From Perna viridis (taxonomy: Eukaryota), in NCBI GenBank assembly GCA_037379345.1, contig CM074511.1, forward strand, positions 54,194,862 to 54,258,861: a stretch of 64,000 nt of DNA, read 5' to 3'. Shown here in pieces: positions 55,301-63,619 of the stretch. Within the stretch, counting starts at the first letter, position 1. Every line of letters begins with the position of its first letter. The notes under the pieces are model-generated. The model had not been told where the DNA came from, searched no databases, and saw only the letters and a list, made by a program, of their open reading frames with translations. A program made the translations under genes and the position numbers.

Positions 55301-58300
55301 TCATACAGACCCCAAAAAATACAACAGTAGTTCCTTAGAATCAAATTTCATGGAATGTATCATTAGAAATGTTGATGACGTCGAAGTCAAATTACAAAAG
55401 TTGGTATATGAGACGGTTATCCAATAAGAAAGCGTGTTACTTCTGAAATTAAATTATCAGAAGATGTGTATCACTATCTTTACAGTAACCAAGGGATTTA
55501 TTTAAATCAACAGACCAACACAGGAAAGCACAAATGACACAGGTATAGCAACGAAAAAACTTCATACGGAAAGCAAAGTATTGAATTGAATAAGTTGGAA
55601 ACTGGACGCACGTTCCCCGGTAAGAAAATTACCTTCTTCTATTTAAAGAAGACAAACAATTGCCTAATTGATTGTTGATTAATTGCTAGAGAAGATGTGA
55701 CTTTGCAAATAATTGCTTACTAAATTTAAAATGGAAACCTGACGCCCTTTAATCATTTCACTATTTTTAATTCTTCATTCATAGTATAGGAAAATCATTT
55801 CATATGTTGTAATCATCGGTAAATCGGAGAAATTAACCGCACTCGACTTCTTAGAAATCCCAAACTGAAAGCCGATTCAATTATATTGCCGTATGAATTT
55901 CTCCTCCAATTACGGTTGCGTGATCATAGCTTGGTAAATATTTGGCCATTCCTATAATCATCAGACATAACAACCATTGTTTTAGCACTGCATTATACTA
56001 TTGCAGCAAGACTCAATGATATATGATATAATTCATTACAACAACACTGAAATGAAATCTTTCATTGATTTTATGAAGATTTATATTTTAGTTTTTTATG
56101 TTTTTTTCCATGCCGCGTAGATAATTTTAATGTTAAAGACAAACACTACTGACACATTAAGTAGAATACAAAGATTCATATCCTTCCATTCACATCTCCT
56201 TTGATTTTTTGCAGTATTGAATTGCAATTTTGCTTTCAAGGTTACACCAGCTACGACGACTTCGTACCGATGGAGATTCCCACACCAAAATAATCAGCGG
56301 GATCAGATTTTTCAGTCGAAAGTGTATTAAAACGAAAACATAGTTAATTTTTTAACTAATAATTAAGGTAACTTCTAATATGACATGATTCAAAGTCTTT
56401 ATACCACAGGCGTGGTAAAAAGTGTTATACACATGATCAATATTTTGAGCACCAAATAGGCTGTGTCCATTCAAAAATGTGAAGAAACTAGTAGTATTAG
56501 AATCAAAATAAATCGCTCGGGGTGAAACAATGCGACATACATGACCAACAAATATAAAACAATGATCAAATGAAGTTTCCGTGATTTATTTCATAATGTT
56601 ACAATTTTAAACACGATATAAAATGATGTCATGGGTAAATATGGAACATAATTACATGTGGTTAAAAATTGATACATGTGAAAGGGTATTTTTTCTTACT
56701 GTACTTTCAGCTTAACAAGCTCAGATGCAAATAGATCTGAAAGTGTTAAAATTATCAAAACCAATTATCAAACGGAACTTTTCTTTGACAAATACTTGTG
56801 AGACTGAAAGATAAAAGTTTGAGTTTGAAAGACAAATCGAATCAATGGTAATGTGATCGTCGATTCTTTGATCATTCTTTTTATAGCATGTTCGTGTTTC
56901 ATTTTATGTTTTAACTTGCTGCTTAACTGTTAAAATATACAAAACCTCATGGATATTTTTTAAGAGAAGTCTAATCTATTGATTCATTTTACCTGAAATG
57001 ATGTAACGAATCATTATATTCTATGTCTGTTTTTAAAGTCAAACTTGGGGACTCTTACGCAGTTTTCGATATAATAACGAAAATTATTTTACATACTTCG
57101 TTTGTATAGAAGCTGAATTAATCTGAAAATATCACTCTCAAAGCCTTATGGTAAAACTATGGTTGAATTGGAGTATCTAAGCAGATGTTACAACCGGTAC
57201 TTTTTGCAATGATATAATTTTTGATAGCTTGTTTAACATTTTATAAGGTTGATACCTTATCACTTTAGTTAGTTAAACCTGATGAGGTTTGCTGCTGGAT
57301 TGACACGTTGACATCTGGAAACATCACTTGGTTTTTAACTTCAATTTACTCTTGCCTACACATGTATATTGAAGGTGCTTCATTACAGTTTATTAAATGA
57401 TAAACTAGTATTTGATTGTTCTCCAGGGATATTGAAAAAACAAACGTAAAAACTAATGCTAGTTTGTAGAAAAGGACAATGTTCTATTAATGGAATAAAA
57501 AATATCACCTAAACCTAATTCTGTATCATTCCAATAGTGAATAAACTGGCATTTTTATCGTATTTGATTGTGTTTTATGTCTTTTTGCAGACAAAAGAGC
57601 TACATTAGACTGTTACAACAACCTTAAATGATACAATGAAAGAGATGATCATTTATAGACCACTTCTATAATACTCATCAGATATTACAGTAATAAACCT
57701 ACAACTTGATTCATTGTATTATCAGAAACTATCAATCACATTAAAGATACATGGCGAGTATTTCAGATAGAACCTTTACTGTAGAAGCTGAAATGTTACA
57801 AATTCCTAAACTTCTCTATATATAATAATAAAATGGTCATCTGGAATCATAATGATCTTGATAATATGAAATACGTATAAGGTATTTATGGATTCTTTAT
57901 GGTAGTGTTCATATCACATCATTATTAGTCTAAGGTCATGTGAGTCCAGTATAATAACAGCGTTGACATTTGTTGTTAAAAAAACGATGAAAGTTTGCTT
58001 TTATGTCTGCATTCGTTTTACTATGATAGATCATATATTTTTCTCCTTTTATTTAAGCTTTGCTCGCTTGTGGATGCTAAATAAGTGAAATAGTAGTATC
58101 AAACAAATATAGTTTTGAGGTTTAAATGATGTTTAAGTAATGATATAATCAATTGCTGGAGCACCCACAATAGAAATAAGAACGAATATGTTGAAACGCA
58201 ACACATGGATCAGTGCATAACCTAAATAATCGACAGTCAATACTTTCAGAGATCACCAAAAAGTCTACAGTAAACGCACATGTAAGTACGCTCTGAAAAG

Positions 58301-59422
58301 TCAGACTATCAAAGTAATAAAATCCACGGTAATAGAACAATGGCGATTCTTCAAAATCATTCTAAAAAATAATGTAACGACATAAAGACACATTTTGGAT
58401 AAACATTTCATGACTGTCGATAGGTGCGTGAAATCTGTGGTGGGGGTAAACTAGTTTTTTATGGCTATTAACAATCCTTCTTTAATGGAAGGTAAAAAAT
58501 TAACTAAAACAAAAATACAAACAAACAAAAATGTCATGAAATTACTTAATAATACATCCAATTATCTCAATAAAAAACCTCAACATACTATATTTAAAAA
58601 ATGAGATAACCACCTAAAAAACGCTTGCAGTTACTGAAAGCTAGCTACGAACATATCAAAAAATGACAATATTCTGAAAACTACCAGCATTAGATGTAAT
58701 CGGCCACTAAATTCCAGTGAAACTGGTTTGGAGTACTGACGTCACAATATATTACCGATGTCAAGCCTGCTCACAATACTCGATACTCGACCATAAAAAA
58801 GTTCTTCTCGGTAGATGATACCGATTTCAGCGGTTCGTGAAACACCCGAGGACGCAAAGAACTGAAAATGTTTCTTAAATGAAATGCTATTAGAATTTTA
58901 AAAAAGGTTGTAGTATAAACATTCTTCAAACATAAACAATGGTAATCAAACGATTATAATTCCAGGATAACGACTAGATAAGGAAAAAAGACACACACAT
59001 AAAAAAAACATGAAATAATCAATATAAAACGTAAAAAGAACCAAAACCAACGGAGAGACTTGGATTTCACTAATAAGTGGGAGCATGAACCAGGTCCATC
59101 GGTACTCTTAAAGTTCCTGTCAATCTGTTCATTCAGCTGATTTATATAAAAATGTCTGTTTCGAGGATTATGTTTCATTTCCTACTTTAATATCTTTATC
59201 ACTTTATCCAGTTCCGGGTAGTTCTCCGACAGAGTTTTATTGTGCGGTCTAGAAAATTTTAAATTTACTTACCTTTTGGTCTGAAATTCTAACAGCCTCG
59301 TAAATCTTCCATATCATTTCAGGACCACAACTCCCAACTTGTCTTCCAATGTCAAAATATCTTGTAATAGGGTTTGTATCCTCGGCATATATGGATTGTT
59401 TTATCAACGAGAACATATCCAT
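341..59422 (-). CDS. SCYL2: SCY1-like protein 2 family pseudokinase/HEAT-repeat gene (20 coding exons, ~856 aa); probably the invertebrate bma/black-match-like SCYL2 paralogue
   Basis: Manual exon chain on the minus strand: 59273-59422, 35127-35287, 29563-29662, 24467-24511, 22458-22598, 19611-19826, 18857-18973, 13054-13179, 11714-11890, 10753-10875, 9780-9893, 7136-7268, 6549-6667, 6126-6229, 5557-5669, 5150-5200, 2529-2563, 1748-2164, 782-883, 341-367. All introns are GT-AG and phases are compatible (sum 2571 nt). The peptide follows SCYL2 collinearly (NPITRYFDIGRQVGSCGPEMIWKIY, EASVFVFEKK, LKHPRIL..HPLEE, LAFAAEPIFASL, YIAPE, SDMFSLG, LDEVLP). Confidence 0.92.
782..883 (-). CDS. SCYL2: SCYL2-like exon 19 (EFDRRGSKNSLFGMGDAMKAGQRRASFQALGESV)
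   Basis: ttagcag|GAA and GTA|gtaagt; 102 nt, open frame; continues the RRxS motifs. Confidence 0.85.
1748..2164 (-). CDS. SCYL2: SCYL2-like exon 18, Ser/Arg-rich disordered tail (EDKMTSSDISDQQRKYSL...GPFITP)
   Basis: Inside ORF 1706..2242; tttttttaccag|GAA and CCC|gtaagt; GC-richer than the flanks. Confidence 0.87.
2529..2563 (-). CDS. SCYL2: SCYL2-like exon 17, 35-nt micro-exon (VPSSPNLNSKSL)
   Basis: ttttttacctttccag|TG and TTG|gtgagt. It converts phase 1 to the phase 0 needed by exon 18. Confidence 0.8.
4033..4244. mobile_element. Small foldback/MITE with ~55-bp inverted arms
   Basis: tattacctcacaattgaagaactgaaataccatgatttccccgccatatttctg versus cagaaatatggcgggaaatcatggtatttcagctcttcaattgtgagataata. 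Confidence 0.7.
5150..5200 (-). CDS. SCYL2: SCYL2-like exon 16, 51-nt symmetric (phase 1-1) exon (GSLQLPIAPSINVQVPS)
   Basis: ttttgacag|GA and CAG|gtatcc; frame-preserving. Confidence 0.65.
5557..5669 (-). CDS. SCYL2: SCYL2-like exon 15 (RGSLNMQNGKGKEEKSVTLGKNFLSVDGVQSGMQKSRT)
   Basis: ttgttatag|G and CAG|gttagt; phase 2 to 1; open frame. Confidence 0.8.
6126..6229 (-). CDS. SCYL2: SCYL2-like exon 14, coiled-coil start (FGALMEVLREMLEQIDRERRNKMKQESVSPPLTQ)
   Basis: ttttattttag|TTC and AG|gtagtg; phase 0 to 2. Confidence 0.9.
6549..6667 (-). CDS. SCYL2: SCYL2-like exon 13 (GIYKHLLSDKRFGLTHNLIATKVMPPLVPQTVNPGLTMEQ)
   Basis: ttcatag|GA and CAG|gtatat; phase 1 to 0. Confidence 0.92.
6786..6980 (+). 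mobile_element. Naiad-type PLE 3'-end fragment
   Basis: gtccgagttgctcatttgc...ataaccttggttcccttgatta, the same family as 53028-53420. Confidence 0.8.
7136..7268 (-). CDS. SCYL2: SCYL2-like exon 12 (VKVNALTCIDHVLDSLDKMTILDEVLPLFTENQCQDATIVMTIV)
   Basis: tattttaag|GTA and G|gtaagt; phase 0 to 1. Matches VRVNSLVC..LDK...LDDILP. Confidence 0.92.
7480..9210 (+). mobile_element. Decayed non-LTR retrotransposon (RTE-X/CR1-like LINE), RT and 3' end; boundaries approximate
   Basis: Remnant motifs ETSEILLPFLFTICLNDL (QGxxLSPxLF), LFVLLYTDDTV (YADD) at about 8165-8195, and QLFDSM..ILSYGCKVWGYEN; many stops and frameshifts. Confidence 0.7.
9780..9893 (-). CDS. SCYL2: SCYL2-like exon 11 (EAALNAIGIVKEFLDDSFMKMLVLPRAKSLFNKANSVR)
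   Basis: ttcatag|GAA and AGA|gtaagt. Confidence 0.92.
10753..10875 (-). CDS. SCYL2: SCYL2-like exon 10 (ATVNILNRLDIILAKSPIEEIRSEIIPLVFNCLESTSTQAQ)
   Basis: attttag|GCT and CAG|gtaggt; HEAT-repeat pattern. Confidence 0.92.
11714..11890 (-). CDS. SCYL2: SCYL2-like exon 9, HEAT region (KILYRNVFPVL...MPKPVQ)
   Basis: Inside ORF 11696..11929; attttcag|AAA and CAG|gtgaat. Confidence 0.92.
12029..12423. mobile_element. Non-autonomous DNA transposon with TTAA flanks (Kolobok/piggyBac-type target)
   Basis: TTAA|gtggcactccagctaagaatcatgcaaaat ... attttgcatgattcttacaaagacagccac|TTAA. Confidence 0.65.
12660..12760 (+). repeat. Divergent relative of the Naiad 3'-end motif
   Basis: gacgggtt...gcaggacatgtttacccttccagagcacctg has the same architecture as gcgggtg...gcagaggacgcttaccctaccggtgcacctg. 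Confidence 0.55.
13054..13179 (-). CDS. SCYL2: SCYL2-like exon 8 (IKFFNDPVICTLQMLDTIEQKDPFHRTEVHCQLAQVLPDIPK)
   Basis: aatttcag|ATA and AAA|gtacgt; aligns to SCYL2 IPFFDD..TLQ..D....KVLPKLPK. Confidence 0.92.
15871..16315 (-). mobile_element. tRNA-derived (Leu-like) SINE-like unit bounded by 38-bp direct repeats, ending in (TA)n
   Basis: Minus-strand A box TGGCCGAGTGG and B box GAGTTCGAATCC (15944-16036); direct repeats at 15890-15927 and 16278-16315 (one mismatch). Confidence 0.7.
16325..18335 (-). mobile_element. Decayed Naiad-type Penelope-like retroelement (CxC linker, RT, 3' end)
   Basis: Minus-strand peptides KPPDCSCKNSPF..HVVTGDL (CxC, ~18198-18206), SGINSMLILKNSKDL, KKDGTPRYKY, VGISMGTNCAPLLADL, FRYIDV, SASYLDL, YDKRDDF, PAYGVFISQL, KFYGR. 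No C-terminal GIY-YIG; multiple stops. Confidence 0.85.
18857..18973 (-). CDS. SCYL2: SCYL2-like exon 7 (LTQRFGDIAHQMPLPLVEPIEKMINKDIRYRPTAQLFSL)
   Basis: tattctcag|CTT and CTG|gtaaaa; kinase subdomain XI RP motif. Confidence 0.92.
19611..19826 (-). CDS. SCYL2: SCYL2-like exon 6 (ESTPCHQWSTKFPKMAQPDLNYIAPE...IKQLDQ)
   Basis: Inside ORF 19596..19856; tatacag|GAA and CAA|gtaaac; APE and SDMFSLG kinase motifs. Confidence 0.94.
20690..20870 (-). repeat. SINE-like interspersed repeat remnant carrying a twister-like motif
   Basis: Minus strand ...TTTAAACCACC-TTTCATTTTGAAA-TGCCTGTACCAAGTCAGGA, related to the copies at 23525 and 51757. Confidence 0.55.
22458..22598 (-). CDS. SCYL2: SCYL2-like exon 5 (ITEALSYLHGTEQLVHRNVCPQSVVITTRGTWKLAGLGFAEKIREGK), degenerate catalytic loop
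   Basis: Acceptor ttcacag|ATC, donor AAG|gtacgc. HRN in place of HRD and AGL in place of DFG. Confidence 0.93.
23310..23720 (-). repeat. SINE-like interspersed repeat (same family as 51590-52050)
   Basis: Reverse complement ttccacagtgataagattttaaaggggagg...ccaaagtactttaaccccgc aligns with 51735-51800. Confidence 0.6.
24467..24511 (-). CDS. SCYL2: SCYL2-like exon 4, 45 nt (DYKFIFYEIQCGILQ)
   Basis: Acceptor ttgttttag|GAT, donor CAA|gtaagt. Equivalent to SCYL2 DYKLYDVETKYGLLQ. Confidence 0.9.
24915..26790 (-). mobile_element. Second decayed Naiad-type PLE, with its RT core replaced by a Bel/Pao fragment
   Basis: ORFs 26494..26706, 25766..26050 (KQRYIAGSAKYTNKPLSKLL..SGINSMWI) and 25135..25380 (AYGVFIQQLIRY) are collinear with the element at 16325-18335. 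Confidence 0.82.
25303..25600 (-). mobile_element. Bel/Pao LTR-retrotransposon post-integrase (DUF5641-like) fragment
   Basis: Minus-strand FWNRWRREYLTS and RLAVIEKLIYGNDGVARSV, typical Bel/Pao C-terminal motifs. Confidence 0.7.
26975..27058. repeat. (AAAAC/CAAA)n low-complexity tract
   Basis: Directly visible. Confidence 0.85.
28480..29256. mobile_element. PIF/Harbinger-like MITE with ~24-bp terminal inverted repeats and AT-rich subterminal repeats
   Basis: cctggggtctgttgttcaacttgt ... acaagttgaacaacagaccccagg; CWG-type ends; ttgttcaactt is repeated internally. Confidence 0.75.
29563..29662 (-). CDS. SCYL2: SCYL2-like exon 3 (GNSLAFAAEPIFASLGNCLGTHDRLPVPVIQELK)
   Basis: Acceptor ttttacag|, donor AAG|gtaagc; phase 2 to 0. 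Matches SCYL2 LAFxxEPxFASL. Confidence 0.93.
31607..31952 (+). mobile_element. Naiad-type PLE 3' fragment (ORF end KFYGRHHELV plus 3' UTR)
   Basis: aagttttatggtcgtcatcatgaactcgtg...aaccttggttcccttggttactc. Confidence 0.85.
32085..32169 (+). repeat. RTE-type LINE/SINE 3'-tail remnant
   Basis: ccctatttagtcgccttctacgacaagc...ggacccccatgggg resembles the TTAGTCGCCTCTTACGAC...CCCCACGGG tail of RTE-associated repeats (recognised from memory). Confidence 0.45.
32440..33460 (-). mobile_element. Highly decayed LINE AP-endonuclease remnant
   Basis: Minus-strand traces such as LLSRSHNLIIIDG..GNL and IGRS resemble APE motifs; heavily interrupted. Confidence 0.3.
34278..34325. repeat. (TA)n microsatellite
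   Basis: Directly visible. Confidence 0.95.
34338..34553. mobile_element. Kolobok-like MITE (TTAA flanks, GG...CC ends)
   Basis: TTAA|ggaggtataccaagggtaagggagataa ... ttgtttcccttaccttaagtctatctcc|TTAA. Confidence 0.65.
35127..35287 (-). CDS. SCYL2: SCYL2-like exon 2 (EASVFVFEKKIADKLHKPRRKETVCELLRKEVQHLERLKHPRILNVIHPLEEC)
   Basis: Acceptor gttgtag|GAA, donor GG|gtattt; phase 0 to 2. Not present in the ORF track. Confidence 0.93.
35965..37461. mobile_element. Degenerate non-autonomous DNA element (CCCAG-type end, CGTA-rich arms) with a nested foldback
   Basis: tacgaatcctt (35989) versus aaggattcgtg (37430); right end ...gtgtgctggg. Confidence 0.4.
36563..37204. mobile_element. Long foldback (palindromic) DNA element
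   Basis: Nested inverted matches: agtctgtttgag/ctcaaacagact, ctatag..aagaactctg/cagagttctt..ctatag, agctatttgaatatt/aatattcaaatagct. Confidence 0.7.
37866..38128 (-). mobile_element. Naiad-type PLE 3'-end copy
   Basis: Near-identical to 53028-53290. Confidence 0.85.
39087..40340 (+). mobile_element. Canonical (C-terminal GIY-YIG) Penelope-like element remnant flanked by inverted ~275-bp pseudo-LTRs
   Basis: Inverted repeats at 39087-39363 and 40067-40340. Internal plus-strand traces FICTSENVVYAV.SKRCK...RRLGDRF...YPVGEYF match the PLE GIY-YIG endonuclease. Confidence 0.75.
41717..41975 (+). mobile_element. Naiad-type PLE 3'-end copy with an internal A28 run
   Basis: ggcgggggtttctg(A28)cagaggacacttactctaccggtgcacc...ttggttcccttgattactcttt. 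Confidence 0.75.
43530..43647 (+). mobile_element. Internally deleted Naiad 3'-end copy
   Basis: gactttttatgaacaactcggtgggtgtttcaagaaaagcagag is joined directly to aatcttggttcccttga. Confidence 0.7.
44938..45145 (-). mobile_element. Naiad-type PLE 3'-end copy
   Basis: aaagagtaatcaagggaaccaagg...ctctgcttttctagaaacacc. Confidence 0.85.
48073..48790 (-). pseudogene. Frameshifted coding-like remnant of unknown (possibly transposon-borne) origin
   Basis: Three overlapping or adjacent minus-strand ORFs (48443..48709, 48360..48590, 48073..48306) give protein-like sequence joined by frameshifts. Family not recognised. Confidence 0.3.
51590..52050 (+). repeat. SINE-like interspersed repeat (family of 23310-23720)
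   Basis: ctaaccccgccgcaattttgcgcctgt core and gggttgttttctctttt tail; homologous to the 23.5-kb copy. Confidence 0.6.
53028..53420 (-). mobile_element. Naiad-type PLE 3' fragment (best-preserved 3' UTR)
   Basis: ORF end ATRLKSSLQKFYGRYHEFVDRYGVSI followed by the complete 3' UTR. Confidence 0.88.
54975..55230 (-). mobile_element. Naiad-type PLE RT C-terminal fragment
   Basis: ORF 54988..55206: FISLIRYIRACRNYTDFLYRARTLTNRLLEQGYVATRLKSSLQKFYGRHHELVD. Confidence 0.88.
58944..59105 (-). mobile_element. Degenerate Naiad 3'-end copy
   Basis: gggagcatgaaccaggtccatcggta and taatcaaa..taattccagga match the family. Confidence 0.55.
59273..59422 (-). CDS. SCYL2: SCYL2-like coding exon 1 (MDMFSLIKQS...RISDQK); can be extended in frame to an ATG at 59524
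   Basis: ORF 59249..59524; donor AAG|gtaagt at 59272; matches the SCYL2 N-terminal kinase lobe (NPxTRxFDxGRxxxSxG...WKIY). Confidence 0.9.
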
Positions 59423-60665
59423 CCTGCAAAGAGGTGTGGCACATTTTATTTTACAACACAAGCTCCTTTTCTCATTCTCTCTAGAGCTAGCAGTTTCTTC
59501 ATAATAATTTCCCACGTCAACCATATACGGCTAATTTTTTAAAGTACCATAGAAAAAAGATATTGTACACCTTGTTCACGACAAAAGAAATTTTAAAAAT
59601 CCAATAAAAATCACGTGAAGTCACTTATACATCAAATTTCATGAGAAAACAAGGAAAATTAGATGTAGTGATCCTGCAAAGCTAGCATTAACTGTACCAT
59701 TGTGTTGTCGATATCGGATTTGTTCCTGTGCTGGCTAATGACAGCCACTGCTAGCCAGTCAATCAAGGTATTTTCCGATTCCACAGCACTAATCATAATT
59801 GCTTAATGTGGCTTCAGGTGTCTTCTTAAGGAATTACAAATATAGATTTATTACTTCTTCATAAGACGTCAATAGATTTGCAATAATATTTTTCATTGCT
59901 TTGCTCATGGGTACACAAATTTGGCGAAGGTTAAAGAGTTGATTCTTTGAAATCGATTTGTGTTCCTGTACGTTATATGTTTTGATACATTTTTGTACTA
60001 GTTTCTTGAAGGAAGAAAAAAAAACTGTTTTCCGTGTGTTTATTGTATTTGTTGTTCTGTTCGTTTGTTCGTTTTTTTATGTGTTTTATTTATTTATTTA
60101 TTAATTTTTTGTTTGTTTGTTTCGTTTCGTTTCGGGTTTTATTAAAAAGGCGACAACGTAAGTAACAAATGTTAAAGGAATGTATTATCATTTGTTTTTG
60201 TAATTCTTATAAAATCCAGTAGCCATGGTAACATACTGAAAAAAATATTACTGAGTTTTAGTACAACTCAGGGGTGACTTTTAAAAAACTAACAGCTAAA
60301 TACTATGTTTTTTTAAAATATCAGGCACTTAGACACAACCACAGGATAAAATCATGCATGGAGTAAAATGATAGGACTTTTTTCGATTCATTCTCTCACA
60401 TTTTTAATCCCAAAAGTTGGTGCGAAATAAGGTATTTTGAAAATCAGTCATCTGATGCTGAGGAGAGAATCTAATACGGCAGGAGACGAAACGTTCCGGA
60501 TACCATTCTTCATTTAAATTACATCTGTCTATGTATAAATGTATAAATATTGTTAAACAATATATCCACCAAATTTCAACTTTAAATTTTTGGTGTGCGA
60601 AACAGTGCGCCTTAATGTAACTGTAGAGTGCACCCTTTAGTAACGTAACGAACACCTTAATAAGT

Positions 60666-60829
60666 ACAAAGACCAGACATGGAAAACAGACATACACAAC
60701 AATGAACATATAGTAACTAAAGTCATACATACAAAGTAACAAAAGCAAATGAGCAATTGTGACTCCACTAAAAACTGGGAGCATGGATCAGGTGCACCGG
60801 TAGGGTAAGCGTCCTCTGCTTTACGAAAA
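60666..60829 (-). mobile_element. Naiad-type PLE 3'-end copy
   Basis: acaaagaccagacatggaaaacagac...gtagggtaagcgtcctctgcttt. Confidence 0.82.
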
Positions 60830-61277
60830 CTGTGTGGAGATCTACCAGCCATATCTACTAATACAAACGAATGTGTATAGATGCTATCAGTGTGGTCATC
60901 TATAAATTGAAAACGATACACAAATCTAGATTTTCAATATCCAAATATAATACATAATAAAAAATATAATAGAATATTGGTTCCCTTCATTACTCTTTCT
61001 ATTAAACTAATGATTTTTTTTTAAATCCATCAATTGCGATGTTCAATATATATAGTAAGATACAAAGGTGATATAAATTATTTAATAGTAAATATAGGAA
61101 TTTTTATTATTTGTTAATGTAAAATGTTTTAAAAATTGTGAAGTAACACCCTTTATCACACCCCTTATCGCATCTGAACCTTTACCGGACCCTTACTTTG
61201 GATAATCTTTCGTTTTGTTGCAGGGTCTATTAGACACTCTGTTTACAATAATACTCTTCTACTTAAATGTATGATAA

Positions 61278-61412
61278 AGTGTATAATACACAAAGCAAAA
61301 TCGTATCCCATTCCTCAATGTCAACACTCGGGCAAGAAGCCCTCGTGCCGACATAGATATATTGGCATGAAACCTATGTGATACAGTTTTTGCCATGGAG
61401 TATTTTCTATAT
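61278..61412. repeat. Small palindromic element (possible Crypton-derived MITE)
   Basis: Central atgtcaacactcgggc..gccctcgtgccgacat and outer gcaaaatcgtatcccat/atgtgatacagtttttgc arms. Confidence 0.4.
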
Positions 61413-63619
61413 AATTCTTTAGCTTTCAGATAAACGCACTTCGGTTATATATTACTTCTTTACCTTAGTATTATATTTATTTTGATGATATATGAAGCGT
61501 TTTACAAAAGCATGCATTCAGTTGAAATTGTGAAAGTACTTTACACTTGAGTGCTTTTTCATACATATTTATCTATTTTTTCTGAGTACATTTCAATACT
61601 TCGCTATAGCTTGATTGGTTCAAAATATTTAAAAACGTATATTTGTAAAATAATCAAAATTTGAAATGAAACGATTTCCTCTCAAAGCAACATGATGAAA
61701 ATGCACCCATTACGCTAAAAATGTCAATTAAATTGGGTAATATTTTTACGTTTTAACAACTATAAGTTTCACGGCTTCATTACAGTTTGTAGAAAACAGT
61801 AAACAACTCTGCGATGAACATCCTGTTTCTATTCATTTAATGGGGGTTGGATTCAAGTGACAATTGTGAAAACGATACACGATAAATTCAAATCAACAAA
61901 AAATAAGATAAAGGCATCAATTCAAAGTTTTCACAGCTCTAACACAACGACCATATATTCTAAGAGACAGAATAAAAGCAATTATAAATGTCAACCAAGC
62001 TGTGGCGACAAACCATTGAAATGGGAAATCAATAAATGTCCGAAACCTATTTAAGAAAAACAAAACGACAGATTTATCCTATTCAATCTAATTCAAATCT
62101 TGTTGTTTTCATGTTTCCAGGCAGTTTTATGAATCGCGATTTCTAAAATTGTTCGATTTATCCTCGATTTGGAGAACAGGTTCTTGTCTATTAGAGAATA
62201 TGGTACAAAATCCAGATACTGCCATTGAAACATAACGTCAATTATGAAACGTAGTTGTTAAGTCGTTTGGCAAAGACAAATGCTGTGGTTTATTAATGAA
62301 ATAATAGGTTAAATCTGGTGATGTCACATAAATTCTGATTATCCACTCTCATACTCGACGTCATTGCCACAGCACTAATGTGGAAGGATTATTGTGTTAT
62401 ATAGTGCCATCAATTAACTTATCTCAGCTAATCAAACTAGTCCCAGAAATATTCTGAAGTGAACAAAAATAAACCACAAAAACATGGACCGCTAATTGCC
62501 CAATTGGAATTAAAACGCCATTCGTCAATAATCGTTACTCACGCATGGAGACACTTGGTATGCGTAGCTTTTGCATGAAACTTAAAATAATTATTTTAAA
62601 ACTTTGGGAGCACAAAGCAAATGATTGTGTTACTAAAGATAATAGGAAAAGCAGATTATATGATTTGCTAACCAAGAAACACTCATCAGATGTCCGAAAA
62701 TACATCATTCGATTAAGAGAAAAAAAATGGTATTACATCAACACATATTGTTATCTAAATATAAAATATTCTAGTAAAAAAAACGTTAAAAGTGTATTAA
62801 ATTATCTTACCTCATGAACGTTACATCATGTGTGTGGGGGGGAGGGGGCAGTTTTTTTTATGTTTGGTATGTTATTGATGTTTGACATCTTTTTTTTCAA
62901 ATGCGTCTCTTCGTAAGGCTCTTACTAAAATGATCCAATACCATTAACCTCAACTCAACAGGTATTACACCTTCATCATTATCATTAATGTTGTGGAGGA
63001 CTATGCCAGAAAATACCAGGGAGACATTGATTATGTGTATGAGTGGGTAAAAGCCGTGAGGCCGGTAATCTTAAAATATATGCATTTTCCTTTTACAATG
63101 TAAATAATAGAGTAGAAATGCTGCATTGATCTTTAAAGACTCAAATGTAGCGAAAACACTTTCCTCCATTCATGATATTATCTTGTCATACCTGCAGTTA
63201 AAGTCAAAATTAACATAGTGTTTTTAATAAGCATTGCATGCTCTGTATTAAGTGACTAGAGTAGATGTAGATAATATAAATAGTAACAAAACTTACACTT
63301 CTATCAAGCTATTAAAGTGCACGATTGTTAAAAATCATAAGTCAGTTATATCTTTATTTAATCTATATATATAAGATAGCTTTTGACCTCCCGCCAATAA
63401 ATTGAATACCTGAACTACACAAAAACCACTATAAACAACGCTTTATAGCTAAATTGGCAATTACCAAGCCTCTTTCCAAATTACTTTAATTAGTTCAAAC
63501 AGTTGTCAACAATAATCATCCGTCTTGCGACAACACATTTTTTCGGGGGAAAGGTGCATAAAAGGCACTGTAAGAAGGTATACCTCCTGTCCGCATGTCT
63601 TGGCATTTTGTTATGGGTC

